Shown here: one piece after another, positions 42,343 through 51,540 of the stretch
Numbering within the stretch: position 1 is the stretch's first letter
Layout of the letters: each line of letters begins with the position of its first letter
DNA from: Candidatus Latescibacterota bacterium
Lineage (GTDB): Bacteria; Latescibacterota; UBA2968; UBA8231
Reading direction: 5' to 3'
DNA length: 64,000 nucleotides
NCBI GenBank assembly: GCA_965221775.1
Contig: CBDCSU010000006.1
Coordinates: 192,001 to 256,000 of the forward strand
The notes under the pieces: model-generated
Told to the model about the DNA's origin: nothing
The model's input: the letters and a program-made list of their open reading frames with translations, nothing else
Databases searched by the model: none
Program-made: the position numbers and the translations under genes

Positions 42343-45054
42343 CTACATCCCGGTCCATATCCCCTCCCCTTCGCGGATGAAGATCCTGCGGTCGACGGGA
42401 AGGTCCGTGAAGATCTCGGGATCGCTCCCGGGCCAGCGGACCTCGATCCGGTCGATCTTCGCCGCCTTGCCGAGGCCGAACTCGACCGGCGGCGAGTTGG
42501 AGCTGCCGAATCCCTCCCCGTTGTGCTTCTCCCGCATGAGGGTCCGTCCCCCCGCGGTGACGTAGATCCGGGTGTCGAGGGCGTCCCGGTTGCTCTTCGT
42601 GCCCTCGAGGTCGATGTGGATCCAGTGGTTGCCCGACTCCTGGAGGTTCAGGTAGAAGGCGTTCGGGAACTGGTCTCCGTGGACGAACCCGCCCTCGGGG
42701 GCGTAGATCTCGAGATCGCCGTCGAGATCGATGTCGACGAAGGTCTCGCCGTGCCCCTTGCCCACGTTGGCGACGCCGGCGGCGAAGGTGAGGTCGGTGA
42801 AGGTCCCGTCCCCGTTGTTGCGGTAGAGGCGGTCCGGCTCCATCCGCTCGATCGCCGGATCACCCGTCCCGAAGTAGATGTCGAGGTAGCCGTCGTTGTC
42901 CAGATCGGCCACCCCCGTTCCCATGGCCCCGTTCGGGTGGAGGAACCCGGCCTCCACCGACACATCGGTGAACGTCCCGTCTCCGTTGTTGCGGTAGAGC
43001 CTCGTGCAGTGCCGGAGCATCGCCTTCTTCTTCTGCGCCGGCAGGTCGTCGTAACGGTCCGAGAGTCCCAGCAGCACGTCGTTCCACGGGGCCAGCGCCG
43101 GGCGCAGGATGTCGAGATCGAGATCGTTGTCGTAGTCGAAGAAGAAGCAGGTGTAGCCGGTGGTGAGCAGCTCGTCGTCGAGGAGGCCGGCCTCGGCGGC
43201 GCGGTCCGTGAAGGTGCCGTCGCCGTTGTTCCGGTAGAGCCGGTTCGCCGTCTCGTACCCGCTCACGAAGAGATCGGGCCAGCCGTCGTCGTCGCAGTCG
43301 CCCCAGCAGTTCCCGATCGTCCGGGTCCCGGGGTCCTCCCGGAGCCCCGCCGCCGCGGTCACGTCGGTGAAGGTGCCGTCGAGATTGTTCCGGTACAGGG
43401 TGTTGGTATCGCCGCCCCCGGTGATGCCGTTGGCGACGTAGAGGTCGACGCCGCCGTCCCGGTCGTAGTCCGACCACTGGCACACGAAGGTCGAGCCCGG
43501 GTCCCCCAGTCCGGCGGCGTCCGTCGTCTCGGTGAAGGTCCCGTCCCCGTTGTTCGTGAAGAGCGAGTTGGCAATGGGGCCGTGCCAACCGTCGCGGCCG
43601 ACGTGCAGATCGATCCAGCCGTCGTTGTCGTAGTCCGACCAGGTGGCGCTGAAGCCGGACTGCACGTGAAACAGGTTCGCCTCCCGGGAGACGTCGGTGA
43701 AGCGCTCGCCGTCGTTCCGGTACAGGGCCCCGTAGCTGTCGCTGCCGGTGACGAACAGATCGTAGTCGCCGTCCCGGTCGTAGTCGCCCCAGGCGCTCGG
43801 CCCCAGGCCGTCGTACTTGTCGATGCCGTACGCCGCCGCCGCGTCCTCGAAGAGAAGGGGGGTCGGATCCCCCGGCAGGGCCAGGTCCCTGCGGAACCGG
43901 AACGCCGTCCGCTCGTCCGGCGGGGTCCCCAGCCCCTCGTGGGCCAGGTGAAGGAGCCAGAGATGGCCCAGCTCCCGCCGGGAGTTCCTTGGCGCTCCGG
44001 CCAGGGATTCCTCGAGCAGCGCGACGGCCTCGGCGTAGCGCTCCTGCTTGAGGCGCGCCAGTCCCTTGCGCCCGATCTGGAACTGCCGGAAGTCCCCCGC
44101 CACACGCGGGTCCCCCAGGAGCAGATCGGCCAGCGCGATCGACTCGTCGTAGTCCGCCATGAGCATCGCCACGCGGCTCAGCATGTGGATGATGTCCCGG
44201 GCCATGGGCGATCCGGGGTGGACCTGGTCGTACACCTTCTCGAGCTCGGTCCGGGCGATGTCGAAGATGAGGGCCGAAGCCATGGGCCGCAGCCCGGGAC
44301 GATCGCTGTAGTCGACCCGGATCTGCCCGAGGACGAGCATCTTCGCGAAATAGAGGCGCACCGCCGCGAGATCGGGGTACTTCGCCAGGATCTCCTCGAT
44401 CACCGGGACCGCCCTGCTCGGGGCGTACTGCCCTTCTCTGTAGAGGCCCTGCACCGCTTGGCGGAACCGGCGCAGGTCGGCGGCGTTCTTCGACCCCTCC
44501 CTCACCTCCACGAGCCGGAGATTCGGCCCGCTTCCGCCTTCGTAGTAGCGCCCGAAGGAGGCGATCTCCAGCTCGCCCATCTGGCCGTACGCCGCCAGCA
44601 CCGCGTCCCGGTGAGCGCGGGCGGCCGCCTCGTTGCGGCGGCGCCTTTCGAGCTCGTACAGCAGGCGATGGGCCTTCACGCTCTGCGGCCGCAGGGCGAG
44701 CACCTTCCGCAACAACCCGATCCCCGCCTCGATGTCGGCCGGCCTCGCCGACGTCGCCATGAGGAGCCGGGCCTGCTGAAAGAGCAGCTCCGGATCATCG
44801 GGCCGCAGCCGCGCGCAGGCTTCGAACTCGGCGCGGGCGGATTCCGGCAGGTTTCGGCGGAGCTGCTCGATGCCGAGGCGCAGGCGCCGCTTGAACTCCA
44901 TGCCGGCCTGCGGTTGCGGCTCCCTTCCCGGCTCCGAGCCGCCGCCTCCTCCCCCGCTGCAGGCGGGAACGAGGGGAACCGCCAGCACGAGGCCGGTCCA
45001 CGCGGCCCGACGGAGGATCGTCCTACCGATGCTCATCCGACGCGATTCTGCCAT
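42343..45054 (-). CDS. TPR + FG-GAP (CRTAC1 / ASPIC-UnbV) protein, probably a lipoprotein
   Basis: N-terminal signal ending in PAC, TPR region, repeated WGDYDxDGxxDL and LYRNNGDGTFTD, C-terminal FGLG..IEVRWP ASPIC domain. Confidence 0.85.
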   Translation of the reverse strand: MAESRRMSIGRTILRRAAWTGLVLAVPLVPACSGGGGGGSEPGREPQPQAGMEFKRRLRLGIEQLRRNLPESARAEFEACARLRPDDPELLFQQARLLMATSARPADIEAGIGLLRKVLALRPQSVKAHRLLYELERRRRNEAAARAHRDAVLAAYGQMGELEIASFGRYYEGGSGPNLRLVEVREGSKNAADLRRFRQAVQGLYREGQYAPSRAVPVIEEILAKYPDLAAVRLYFAKMLVLGQIRVDYSDRPGLRPMASALIFDIARTELEKVYDQVHPGSPMARDIIHMLSRVAMLMADYDESIALADLLLGDPRVAGDFRQFQIGRKGLARLKQERYAEAVALLEESLAGAPRNSRRELGHLWLLHLAHEGLGTPPDERTAFRFRRDLALPGDPTPLLFEDAAAAYGIDKYDGLGPSAWGDYDRDGDYDLFVTGSDSYGALYRNDGERFTDVSREANLFHVQSGFSATWSDYDNDGWIDLHVGRDGWHGPIANSLFTNNGDGTFTETTDAAGLGDPGSTFVCQWSDYDRDGGVDLYVANGITGGGDTNTLYRNNLDGTFTDVTAAAGLREDPGTRTIGNCWGDCDDDGWPDLFVSGYETANRLYRNNGDGTFTDRAAEAGLLDDELLTTGYTCFFFDYDNDLDLDILRPALAPWNDVLLGLSDRYDDLPAQKKKAMLRHCTRLYRNNGDGTFTDVSVEAGFLHPNGAMGTGVADLDNDGYLDIYFGTGDPAIERMEPDRLYRNNGDGTFTDLTFAAGVANVGKGHGETFVDIDLDGDLEIYAPEGGFVHGDQFPNAFYLNLQESGNHWIHIDLEGTKSNRDALDTRIYVTAGGRTLMREKHNGEGFGSSNSPPVEFGLGKAAKIDRIEVRWPGSDPEIFTDLPVDRRIFIREGEGIWTGM

Positions 45055-45700
45055 CGTCGAGCCGGACGATCCGTCTCCCCTCCGGGATCACCTCGACGTC
45101 GTGGGCGGCCGCCACCACCGTCAGTCCGCCGCGGTGGAGATCCGCGATCAGCTTCCAGAGGATCCCGGCGTTGCGCCGGTCCAGGTTCGCCGTGGGCTCG
45201 TCGGCGAAGAGCACGTCCGGCCGGTTCGCCAGCGCCCGCGCCAGGGCGGCGCGCTGCATCTCCCCGCGGGACAGGGCGTCCGGCCGGTGGCGCGCCCGGT
45301 GGGCGATGTTCACCCCCTCCAGGAGGCGCTCCGCCTCGTCCGCGTCCCCGCCGCGACCGCCGAACAACAGCGGCAGCCGGACGTTTCCCAGCACCGTGAG
45401 ATGGCGCACGAGCCGGAAGTCCTGGAAGACGAACCCCATGCGCTCCCGGCGAATCCGGGCGAGCCGCCCCGGCGCCGCCGACTCGAGGGCCTCGTCGTCG
45501 AACCTCACGGCCCCGCGCGTCGGCCGGTCCATCCCCGCCAGGAGCGACAGCAGCGTCGACTTCCCCGACCCGGACTCCCCCGTCACCACGACGAACTCTC
45601 CCCGACCGATGGCCAGGGTCACGTCGGCGAGGGCCGTCACGCTGGTTCCCGGCTGGGGGAACTCCTTCCAGACCCCGCTCGCCGACAGCAGCGCCGTCAC
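45023..45700 (-). CDS. ABC transporter ATP-binding protein (LolD/MacB type)
   Basis: GESGSGKSTLL, GFVFQDF, LSRGEMQR, ADEPTANLD; GTG start overlapping the permease stop. Confidence 0.9.
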   Translation of the reverse strand: MTALLSASGVWKEFPQPGTSVTALADVTLAIGRGEFVVVTGESGSGKSTLLSLLAGMDRPTRGAVRFDDEALESAAPGRLARIRRERMGFVFQDFRLVRHLTVLGNVRLPLLFGGRGGDADEAERLLEGVNIAHRARHRPDALSRGEMQRAALARALANRPDVLFADEPTANLDRRNAGILWKLIADLHRGGLTVVAAAHDVEVIPEGRRIVRLDDGRIASDEHR

Positions 45701-46860
45701 GCGGCCCCGCGGGAGGACTTGAGCGCCGGATAGACCCCCGCGAGAAGGCAGAGAACCACGACCGCGGCGGCGCTGCCGAGGAGGGTTTCCGGGGTCACGG
45801 CCACCACCGGTCCCGCCGGAACGAAGGTGAGGGTGGAACGCACGACCCACTCGGCGGCCCCCCGCAGCGCCAGGGTGAGCCCCGCTCCGACGACGGCGCC
45901 GGCCAGGCTGAGCAGCAGGGACTCGGCCCAGACGAGCTGGAAGAGGGTCCAGCCCGGGCATCCCAGGGCCCGCAGCACCCCCATTTCCGGAGTCCGCTCG
46001 TTCACCGTGATCAGGGCGACGCTGAACACCCCCATGAGGGCGGCGACGAGGCAGACCGCCCCGAAGGCCAGCAGCAGGGCCCGCACCCCCCTCAGGATGT
46101 TGAGGATCGCACCCTGCACCTGGGACATGCGCACCACCTGCAGCGACGGAATGTCGTACAGGCGATCGATGAAGGGGCCGGCATCGCCCATGTCGTGCAG
46201 GCGGATTCCGATCCCGGTGAGGCGGTCCCGCCGCTCGAACAGGTCCTGGCTCACCTCGAGGGGCAGGAAGACGGTTCCGTCGTCCTGGGTTCCCAGCTTG
46301 TCGAGGATCCCCTGGACGCGGAAGGTCCGGTCCCTCACGCCGATGGTATCCCCGATTCCGAGGCGGCGGTACTCGGCGACGTTGAATCCGAGGATGGCCT
46401 CGTCGGCCAGGGCGCCGCTGAACCACTCCCCCCGCTGGAACCCGACGCCGGGTTTCAGCGCCAGAAAGCTCTCGTCGATTCCGACATGGAGCTGGTGGGA
46501 GCTGCCGCCGCGGTCGGGAACGGCCTGCATGAAGAACCGCGTCGCGTCCTTCACCTCGGGCTGCTCCACGATGTGGCGGTACACCTCCTCGCGGATGTAC
46601 ATCGGAATCGACCCTCCGCGCAGGATCAGGGTCGCCGCCTCGTGAGGGCATCCCTTCCCCGTCACGAGGATCTGGTAGCCCATGGAGTCGATGTTGTGGT
46701 CGAGGGATTGCCGGTAGCCGGCCTGGAAGCCGAGAATGCCGGCCACCAGCGCGGTGGCGAGCCCCACCGCGGCGATGGTGAGGAGGGTCCGGGTCTTGTG
46801 AAAGGCCAGGCCCTGCAAGGCCCAGGAGGCGGTCATCCGCAACCGTCGGGCGGAACCCAT
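45697..46860 (-). CDS. ABC transporter permease, MacB/FtsX family
   Basis: RTLLT TM1, periplasmic domain, VNERTPEMGVLRALG coupling motif, C-terminal AGVYPA. Confidence 0.88.
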   Translation of the reverse strand: MGSARRLRMTASWALQGLAFHKTRTLLTIAAVGLATALVAGILGFQAGYRQSLDHNIDSMGYQILVTGKGCPHEAATLILRGGSIPMYIREEVYRHIVEQPEVKDATRFFMQAVPDRGGSSHQLHVGIDESFLALKPGVGFQRGEWFSGALADEAILGFNVAEYRRLGIGDTIGVRDRTFRVQGILDKLGTQDDGTVFLPLEVSQDLFERRDRLTGIGIRLHDMGDAGPFIDRLYDIPSLQVVRMSQVQGAILNILRGVRALLLAFGAVCLVAALMGVFSVALITVNERTPEMGVLRALGCPGWTLFQLVWAESLLLSLAGAVVGAGLTLALRGAAEWVVRSTLTFVPAGPVVAVTPETLLGSAAAVVVLCLLAGVYPALKSSRGAA

Positions 46861-46869
46861 GCTCCTCCC

Positions 46870-47286
46870 CTACTTCACCACGAGTCCCACGGCGCGGATG
46901 GCGAGGTCCGGCCGCTCTCCCACGAGCCGGCCCGCGAGGATCGCCCTCTTCCCCTCGATTCCCGCCGCTACGGTGAACTCCGCTCCCCCCCTCAGATCGA
47001 CAAAGATCTCCACCGGCTCCTCCCCCGTGAGATCGCGCAGGGTGAACCAGCAGCCATCCGACCGGCAGACCGTGCCGATGGTGCCCGAGACGGTGATGGG
47101 CTCCTCGCGCTTGGCGGGGAGATCCACCATGAGGTCCTTCAGGGGGATGGCAGAGGACTCGTCCACCGCCTCGCCGTACGCCCTTGATCCTCCATCACCG
47201 CAACCGCATGCGATGGCGGCGAGAGCCGCCGCGACGGCGGTGGTCCGGAGGGTCCTGCAGCCGTGACGGGCCGCGCCGGTCGGCAT
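46870..47286 (-). CDS. DUF4920-like OB-fold lipoprotein
   Basis: Lipobox-like IACGC, YGE, VSGTIGTVCRSDGCWF motif; start uncertain. Confidence 0.65.
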   Translation of the reverse strand: MPTGAARHGCRTLRTTAVAAALAAIACGCGDGGSRAYGEAVDESSAIPLKDLMVDLPAKREEPITVSGTIGTVCRSDGCWFTLRDLTGEEPVEIFVDLRGGAEFTVAAGIEGKRAILAGRLVGERPDLAIRAVGLVVK

Positions 47287-47519
47287 GGTCGACTCCCGTC
47301 GGGAGAGCCCCGCCATGCCTTGGCCCGACTCGAAGGTGTGAATACCGCGCGTCCTCTCGCAGGTGGGGCCGCTTGGCGGCGAAACGGACAGCGCCACGGG
47401 CGGCATGGTCAGCAGTCGGTCAAAGATAGGGCAATGGGCCACTTGGCGGCGCCGGGCAACGCATGCCCCCCGTATCCCTATCATTGCGAGTCACCTCCCG
47501 GAGATGTGCCGAGATTCCG

Positions 47520-48959
47520 ATGCGGGCAACGCTGCGCCGAACCAGCTGGTTTGCGGCACCGCTGATGGCGGTGATCGCCGCGTCGTGGGCCTTCGACCTC
47601 TTCGTCGGCCCGCCGGTGCCCGAGCCGGCCGCTCTCGACCGGATGGACCCCATCGTCGCCGAAGCCGTCCGCGAGGCCCTCGAATCCGCCCGCCGCCAGC
47701 GCGGTGACGAGAGCCGCCGAATGAGACTCGGCATGGTGTACGAAGCGAACGGCATGCTCGGCCTCGCCATGGCGTGCTACGGCGAGGTGGCAGAGGCCCG
47801 CCCCCACGATGCCCGGGTCCGGTACCGGATCGCCCACGTAGAGGAACGTAGTGGAGACCTGGGGGCAGCGATCGAGTCGGCCCGGGAGGCCGTCGAGCTC
47901 GATCCCTCCTACCCGCCGGCCCGCGCCCAGCTCGGTCTCTGGCTCCTCGATGACGGCAGGATGGATGAAGCGGCGGCACACTTTCGCGAGGTAGTCGAGA
48001 AAGAGCGCAACGAGGCGGCGCTCTTCGGAATGGTGCTTCACGCGATGCGCGCGCGCGCGCCCGAGCGGGCCTCGAAGCTGCTCCTGGAGCACGATCTTCT
48101 CAACGGTTCGAACTCCGGCTACGCGAGACACCTCGACCTGAACATCCGCCGGCAACTGGGAGAGCGGGTGAGCGCTTCCGAGGCGGGGCCGGGAGGCGAG
48201 GTTCGCCCCCAGTGGCGCGACCCCTGGAACGATGCGGTCAGGGCGCATCAGACGGGGGTGAGGCTGCTCAGGAGGGCGGCCCGCGGGCACATGAGTCGAG
48301 GCGAGTATGCGCACGCGGCGAGTCTCCTCGAGCGCGCTCTCCGCGCCGAGCCCGGGAACACGCGGATCCTGATCGCCCTGGCCACCTGTTACCGGCAGCA
48401 GGGGCGGACCGGGGAGTCCGCCGCGGCTCTCGACGAAGCGTTGCGGCTCGCCCCGGATGACTACTGGACGAACCTGAATCGCGCCGACATGCTCCTCGCC
48501 GAGGGGCACGCCGGCGCCGAGGCCCTGCGTTCCGCCTACGGGCATGCCCGGGCCGCCGCACGGGCCCGGCCGGAGTCCGGGGACGCGTGGGCCCTCGTGG
48601 GACGAGCCTTTCAGGCCATGCGCCGCTTCGACGAGGCGATCGACGCCTTCCTGCACGCCTATGAAGTGGACAGCCGGGACTCCTCGGTTCTCACCCAGGC
48701 CGGGTTCCTGCTCTACCAGCAGGGGCGCGGGGACGAGGCGCAACAGCTCTTCCGCCGGGTGTGCGAGCTGGATCGGCAGGCCGGATCCCCGCGCGTCGGA
48801 CTGGCGATGATCGCCATGGACCGGAAGGACGTGAAGGAAGCCGGCGCGTTGCTGGAGGAAGCGCTCCACCTGCGCCACGACCATGGCAGACTCTGGGAGC
48901 ACGCCGCCGGGCGGCTCCGGGGCTTGCGTGTCGAGATGGGCGGGAACGGGAATGACTGA
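47520..48959 (+). CDS. Membrane-anchored tetratricopeptide-repeat protein
   Basis: N-terminal hydrophobic helix, RLGMVYEANG and many TPR repeats; overlaps the downstream CRTAC1 gene. Confidence 0.75.
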   Translation: MRATLRRTSWFAAPLMAVIAASWAFDLFVGPPVPEPAALDRMDPIVAEAVREALESARRQRGDESRRMRLGMVYEANGMLGLAMACYGEVAEARPHDARVRYRIAHVEERSGDLGAAIESAREAVELDPSYPPARAQLGLWLLDDGRMDEAAAHFREVVEKERNEAALFGMVLHAMRARAPERASKLLLEHDLLNGSNSGYARHLDLNIRRQLGERVSASEAGPGGEVRPQWRDPWNDAVRAHQTGVRLLRRAARGHMSRGEYAHAASLLERALRAEPGNTRILIALATCYRQQGRTGESAAALDEALRLAPDDYWTNLNRADMLLAEGHAGAEALRSAYGHARAAARARPESGDAWALVGRAFQAMRRFDEAIDAFLHAYEVDSRDSSVLTQAGFLLYQQGRGDEAQQLFRRVCELDRQAGSPRVGLAMIAMDRKDVKEAGALLEEALHLRHDHGRLWEHAAGRLRGLRVEMGGNGND

Positions 48960-50655
48960 CTCGCGCCGAGTGCAGTCGCGGCGCGCCCTCCGGTACGTAT
49001 TCGTGCTGCCCTTGCTCTGCGCGGGATGTGACGGCTCGACGCGAGCGCCGGCCCCGGATGAGTCCGTGGAAACCGTCGGGGATGCGTGGTTCAGGGACGT
49101 TGCCGAGGAGCGGGGCGTGTCATTCACGCATGTGAGCGGCGCCTCCGACGCGATGTACTTCCCCGAGATCATGGGAGGCGGGGCGGCGGTCTTCGATCTC
49201 GAGAACGACGGGGACCTCGACATCTATCTCGTGCAGAGCGGCCGGATCGGCGGCGGCGATCCGGATCAGCCGGGCAATCGGTTGTTTCGGAACGACGCGG
49301 CCGGCGAGTTCGAGGACGTGACCGAAGGCAGCGGCGCCGGCGATGGCGGCTATGGAATGGGGGTGACCACCGGCGACTACGACAACGACGGTCTCACCGA
49401 TCTGTACGTCACGAACGTCGGGCCCAACGCCCTCCTGGGCAATCGCGGCGGCCTCGCCTTCGAGGATGTGAGCCGCCGCGCCAATGTCGCCCACCACGGG
49501 TGGGGGACGAGCTGCGCCTTCGTCGATACCGATCACGACGGCGATCTCGACCTCTACGTCGCCAACTACATCGTCTGGTCGCCCGAGGACGAACTGCAGT
49601 GCAGGGAGAGCGGCCTGCCGGACTACTGCAGTCCGAACAGCTACCAGGCGCCCGCGGCGGATGTGCTCTACGAGAACCAGGGGGACGGGCGATTCCTCGA
49701 CATCTCCGCGAGAGCGGGGATGCGCACCGCTTTCGGGAATGGCCTCGGGGTGGTCTGCGACGACTACGACAACGACGGATCGATCGACATCTTCGTCGCC
49801 AACGATCAGCTGCCCAACCAGCTCTGGCGCAACAACGGCGACGGCACGTTCAGGGACGTGGCCGTGGAATCCGGTGCTGCCATCGACGCCAGCGGGCAGG
49901 CCAAGGCGGGCATGGGCGTCACCGCGGCGGACATCGATGACGACGGCGATTCCGACTTGCTCGTGGTGAATCTCGAGACCCAGTCCGATTCCTTCTACCG
50001 CAACGAAGGTGCGTATTTCCTGGACGACACCCCGCGGGTCGGCCTGGGGTTGATCACACGCAAGGCGACCCGGTTCGGCGTCGGTCTGTACGACTTCGAC
50101 AACGATGGCTGGCTGGATCTCTTCGAAGCGAACGGCCGCGTCACCCGGCCGAAGACGGGGCGAACCGGCCACGCCGATCCCTATGCCGAGGCCGACCTGC
50201 TTCTTGCGGGCGGGCCCTCCGGCCGCTTCGAGCCCTTCGGGCCACCGGGCGGGACGGTGGCGTCCCTCATCGCCACCAGTCGGGCGGCGGCCTTTGGCGA
50301 CCTCGAGAACGACGGCGGAATGGATATCGTCATCGTCAACCGCGATCACCGGCTCTGGGTGCTCCACAACATCGCGCCGCGGCAACACTGGATCATGTTC
50401 CGTGTGGAAGACGCCGATGGAGGGATCGCCCACCATGCCCGGGTGACGGTGTCCCTCGGCGATCGCATGGTGACGCGATCGGTGCGAGTCGCATCCAGTT
50501 ACTGCGCCGCCAACGATCCCCGCGTGCACTTCGGACTGGGCCGTCAGGACGAGGTCCGGCAGGTGCGCGTAACGTGGCAGGACGGCCATCGGGAACTCTT
50601 CGGCCCCTTCCGGGCCGACCAGATCGTCAGCCTGCGTCGAACCGCGCACAGGTGA
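48952..50655 (+). CDS. CRTAC1 / ASPIC-UnbV family FG-GAP lipoprotein
   Basis: Lipobox CAGC, PEIMGGGAAVFD, YGMGVTTGDYDNDG, AGMGV, DPRVHFGLG. Confidence 0.9.
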   Translation: MTDSRRVQSRRALRYVFVLPLLCAGCDGSTRAPAPDESVETVGDAWFRDVAEERGVSFTHVSGASDAMYFPEIMGGGAAVFDLENDGDLDIYLVQSGRIGGGDPDQPGNRLFRNDAAGEFEDVTEGSGAGDGGYGMGVTTGDYDNDGLTDLYVTNVGPNALLGNRGGLAFEDVSRRANVAHHGWGTSCAFVDTDHDGDLDLYVANYIVWSPEDELQCRESGLPDYCSPNSYQAPAADVLYENQGDGRFLDISARAGMRTAFGNGLGVVCDDYDNDGSIDIFVANDQLPNQLWRNNGDGTFRDVAVESGAAIDASGQAKAGMGVTAADIDDDGDSDLLVVNLETQSDSFYRNEGAYFLDDTPRVGLGLITRKATRFGVGLYDFDNDGWLDLFEANGRVTRPKTGRTGHADPYAEADLLLAGGPSGRFEPFGPPGGTVASLIATSRAAAFGDLENDGGMDIVIVNRDHRLWVLHNIAPRQHWIMFRVEDADGGIAHHARVTVSLGDRMVTRSVRVASSYCAANDPRVHFGLGRQDEVRQVRVTWQDGHRELFGPFRADQIVSLRRTAHR

Positions 50656-50711
50656 CTCGTGAGGTCTCGCGGAACGCTGCCCCCCAGCTGCCGCGCCCGC
50701 GCCCGCTCGCG

Positions 50712-51470
50712 CTAACCGAGCCGGGACACCCAGGCGTCGACGACGGCGTCGACCATGGCCTGACCGTGCCCGGCGTTGGCGCTCCAGCTCGTGCGCTCCT
50801 CGCCCTCGACGCCGCAGTACCAGGGGGCGTTGCCGTCGAGGCGGTCCTGCTCGACGAGCTCGGGACGGGTGGCAATGAGGAAGGACGTCTCGTTGTAGCC
50901 GGCGTGGTCGCCGCCGGCCGGGGGCGACGCTTCCGGCAGGATCATCGGTTCCACCTGGACGCTCCCGAAGTCGCCCCACCTGTCGCGCAGCGCCGGGTCC
51001 GCCCACCAGCCACGCGGGTATACCTCGAGCACCCGCTCCCCGGACAGCTCCGAGGCGGCCTTCGAGAACGACTGGGCCAGGGGGCCCCCCATTCCCTGGT
51101 GCATGATGATGACGACGACTCGCTTGAACCCCATCTCGAGGAAGTTCCGCAGCACCGACTTGACGACGCGGTGGAAGCCTTCGTAGTCGGGGTCGATGGT
51201 GCCCTCCGCCGGCCCGCCCAGGGCGTAGCCCGTGGGCCCGTAGTCGAAGGAAGGCGCGATGACAGCGTCGACGCGCTCGGCGATGCGGGCGCAGACCTCC
51301 TCGACGATGATCGTGTCATGGCCGATGGCCATGTGCGGGCCGTGGGTCTCGATACAGCCGGCGGGCACCAGCAGGGGCTGGTCGGCGGCCACGGCCGCTC
51401 TCAACTGGTAAGGACGCATGTGCTTGAGGTACATGGGTGGTCTCCCGGATGGGTTGGTCAGGCGCGCCAC
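50712..51470 (-). CDS. Creatininase-family amidohydrolase
   Basis: PAGCIETHGPH, DHAGYNETS; ATG at 51434 is an alternative start. Confidence 0.82.
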   Translation of the reverse strand: MARLTNPSGRPPMYLKHMRPYQLRAAVAADQPLLVPAGCIETHGPHMAIGHDTIIVEEVCARIAERVDAVIAPSFDYGPTGYALGGPAEGTIDPDYEGFHRVVKSVLRNFLEMGFKRVVVIIMHQGMGGPLAQSFSKAASELSGERVLEVYPRGWWADPALRDRWGDFGSVQVEPMILPEASPPAGGDHAGYNETSFLIATRPELVEQDRLDGNAPWYCGVEGEERTSWSANAGHGQAMVDAVVDAWVSRLG

Positions 51471-51540
51471 GGCGGGCCGCCATGGCAGGTGCGAAGGCAG
51501 GTCCCTCTTTGCGGAGCCGGACGGCTGCCGGCGGCTGCCC

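Noticed and set aside
42700-43800. Recurring DNA motifs (GTCGGTGAAGGT.CCGTC, CCGTTGTT) as a possible CRISPR or repeat array
   Set aside because: They encode FG-GAP protein repeats (YRNNGDGTFTD); spacing is irregular and in frame, and there are no cas genes.
39802-45399. 1865-aa plus-strand ORF, and similar giants at 5330-8134, 13017-17123, 29536-32625, 53700-58505 and 59746-62916
   Set aside because: Antisense shadows of well-supported minus-strand genes; stop codons are scarce in very high-GC DNA and the translations have no recognisable motifs.
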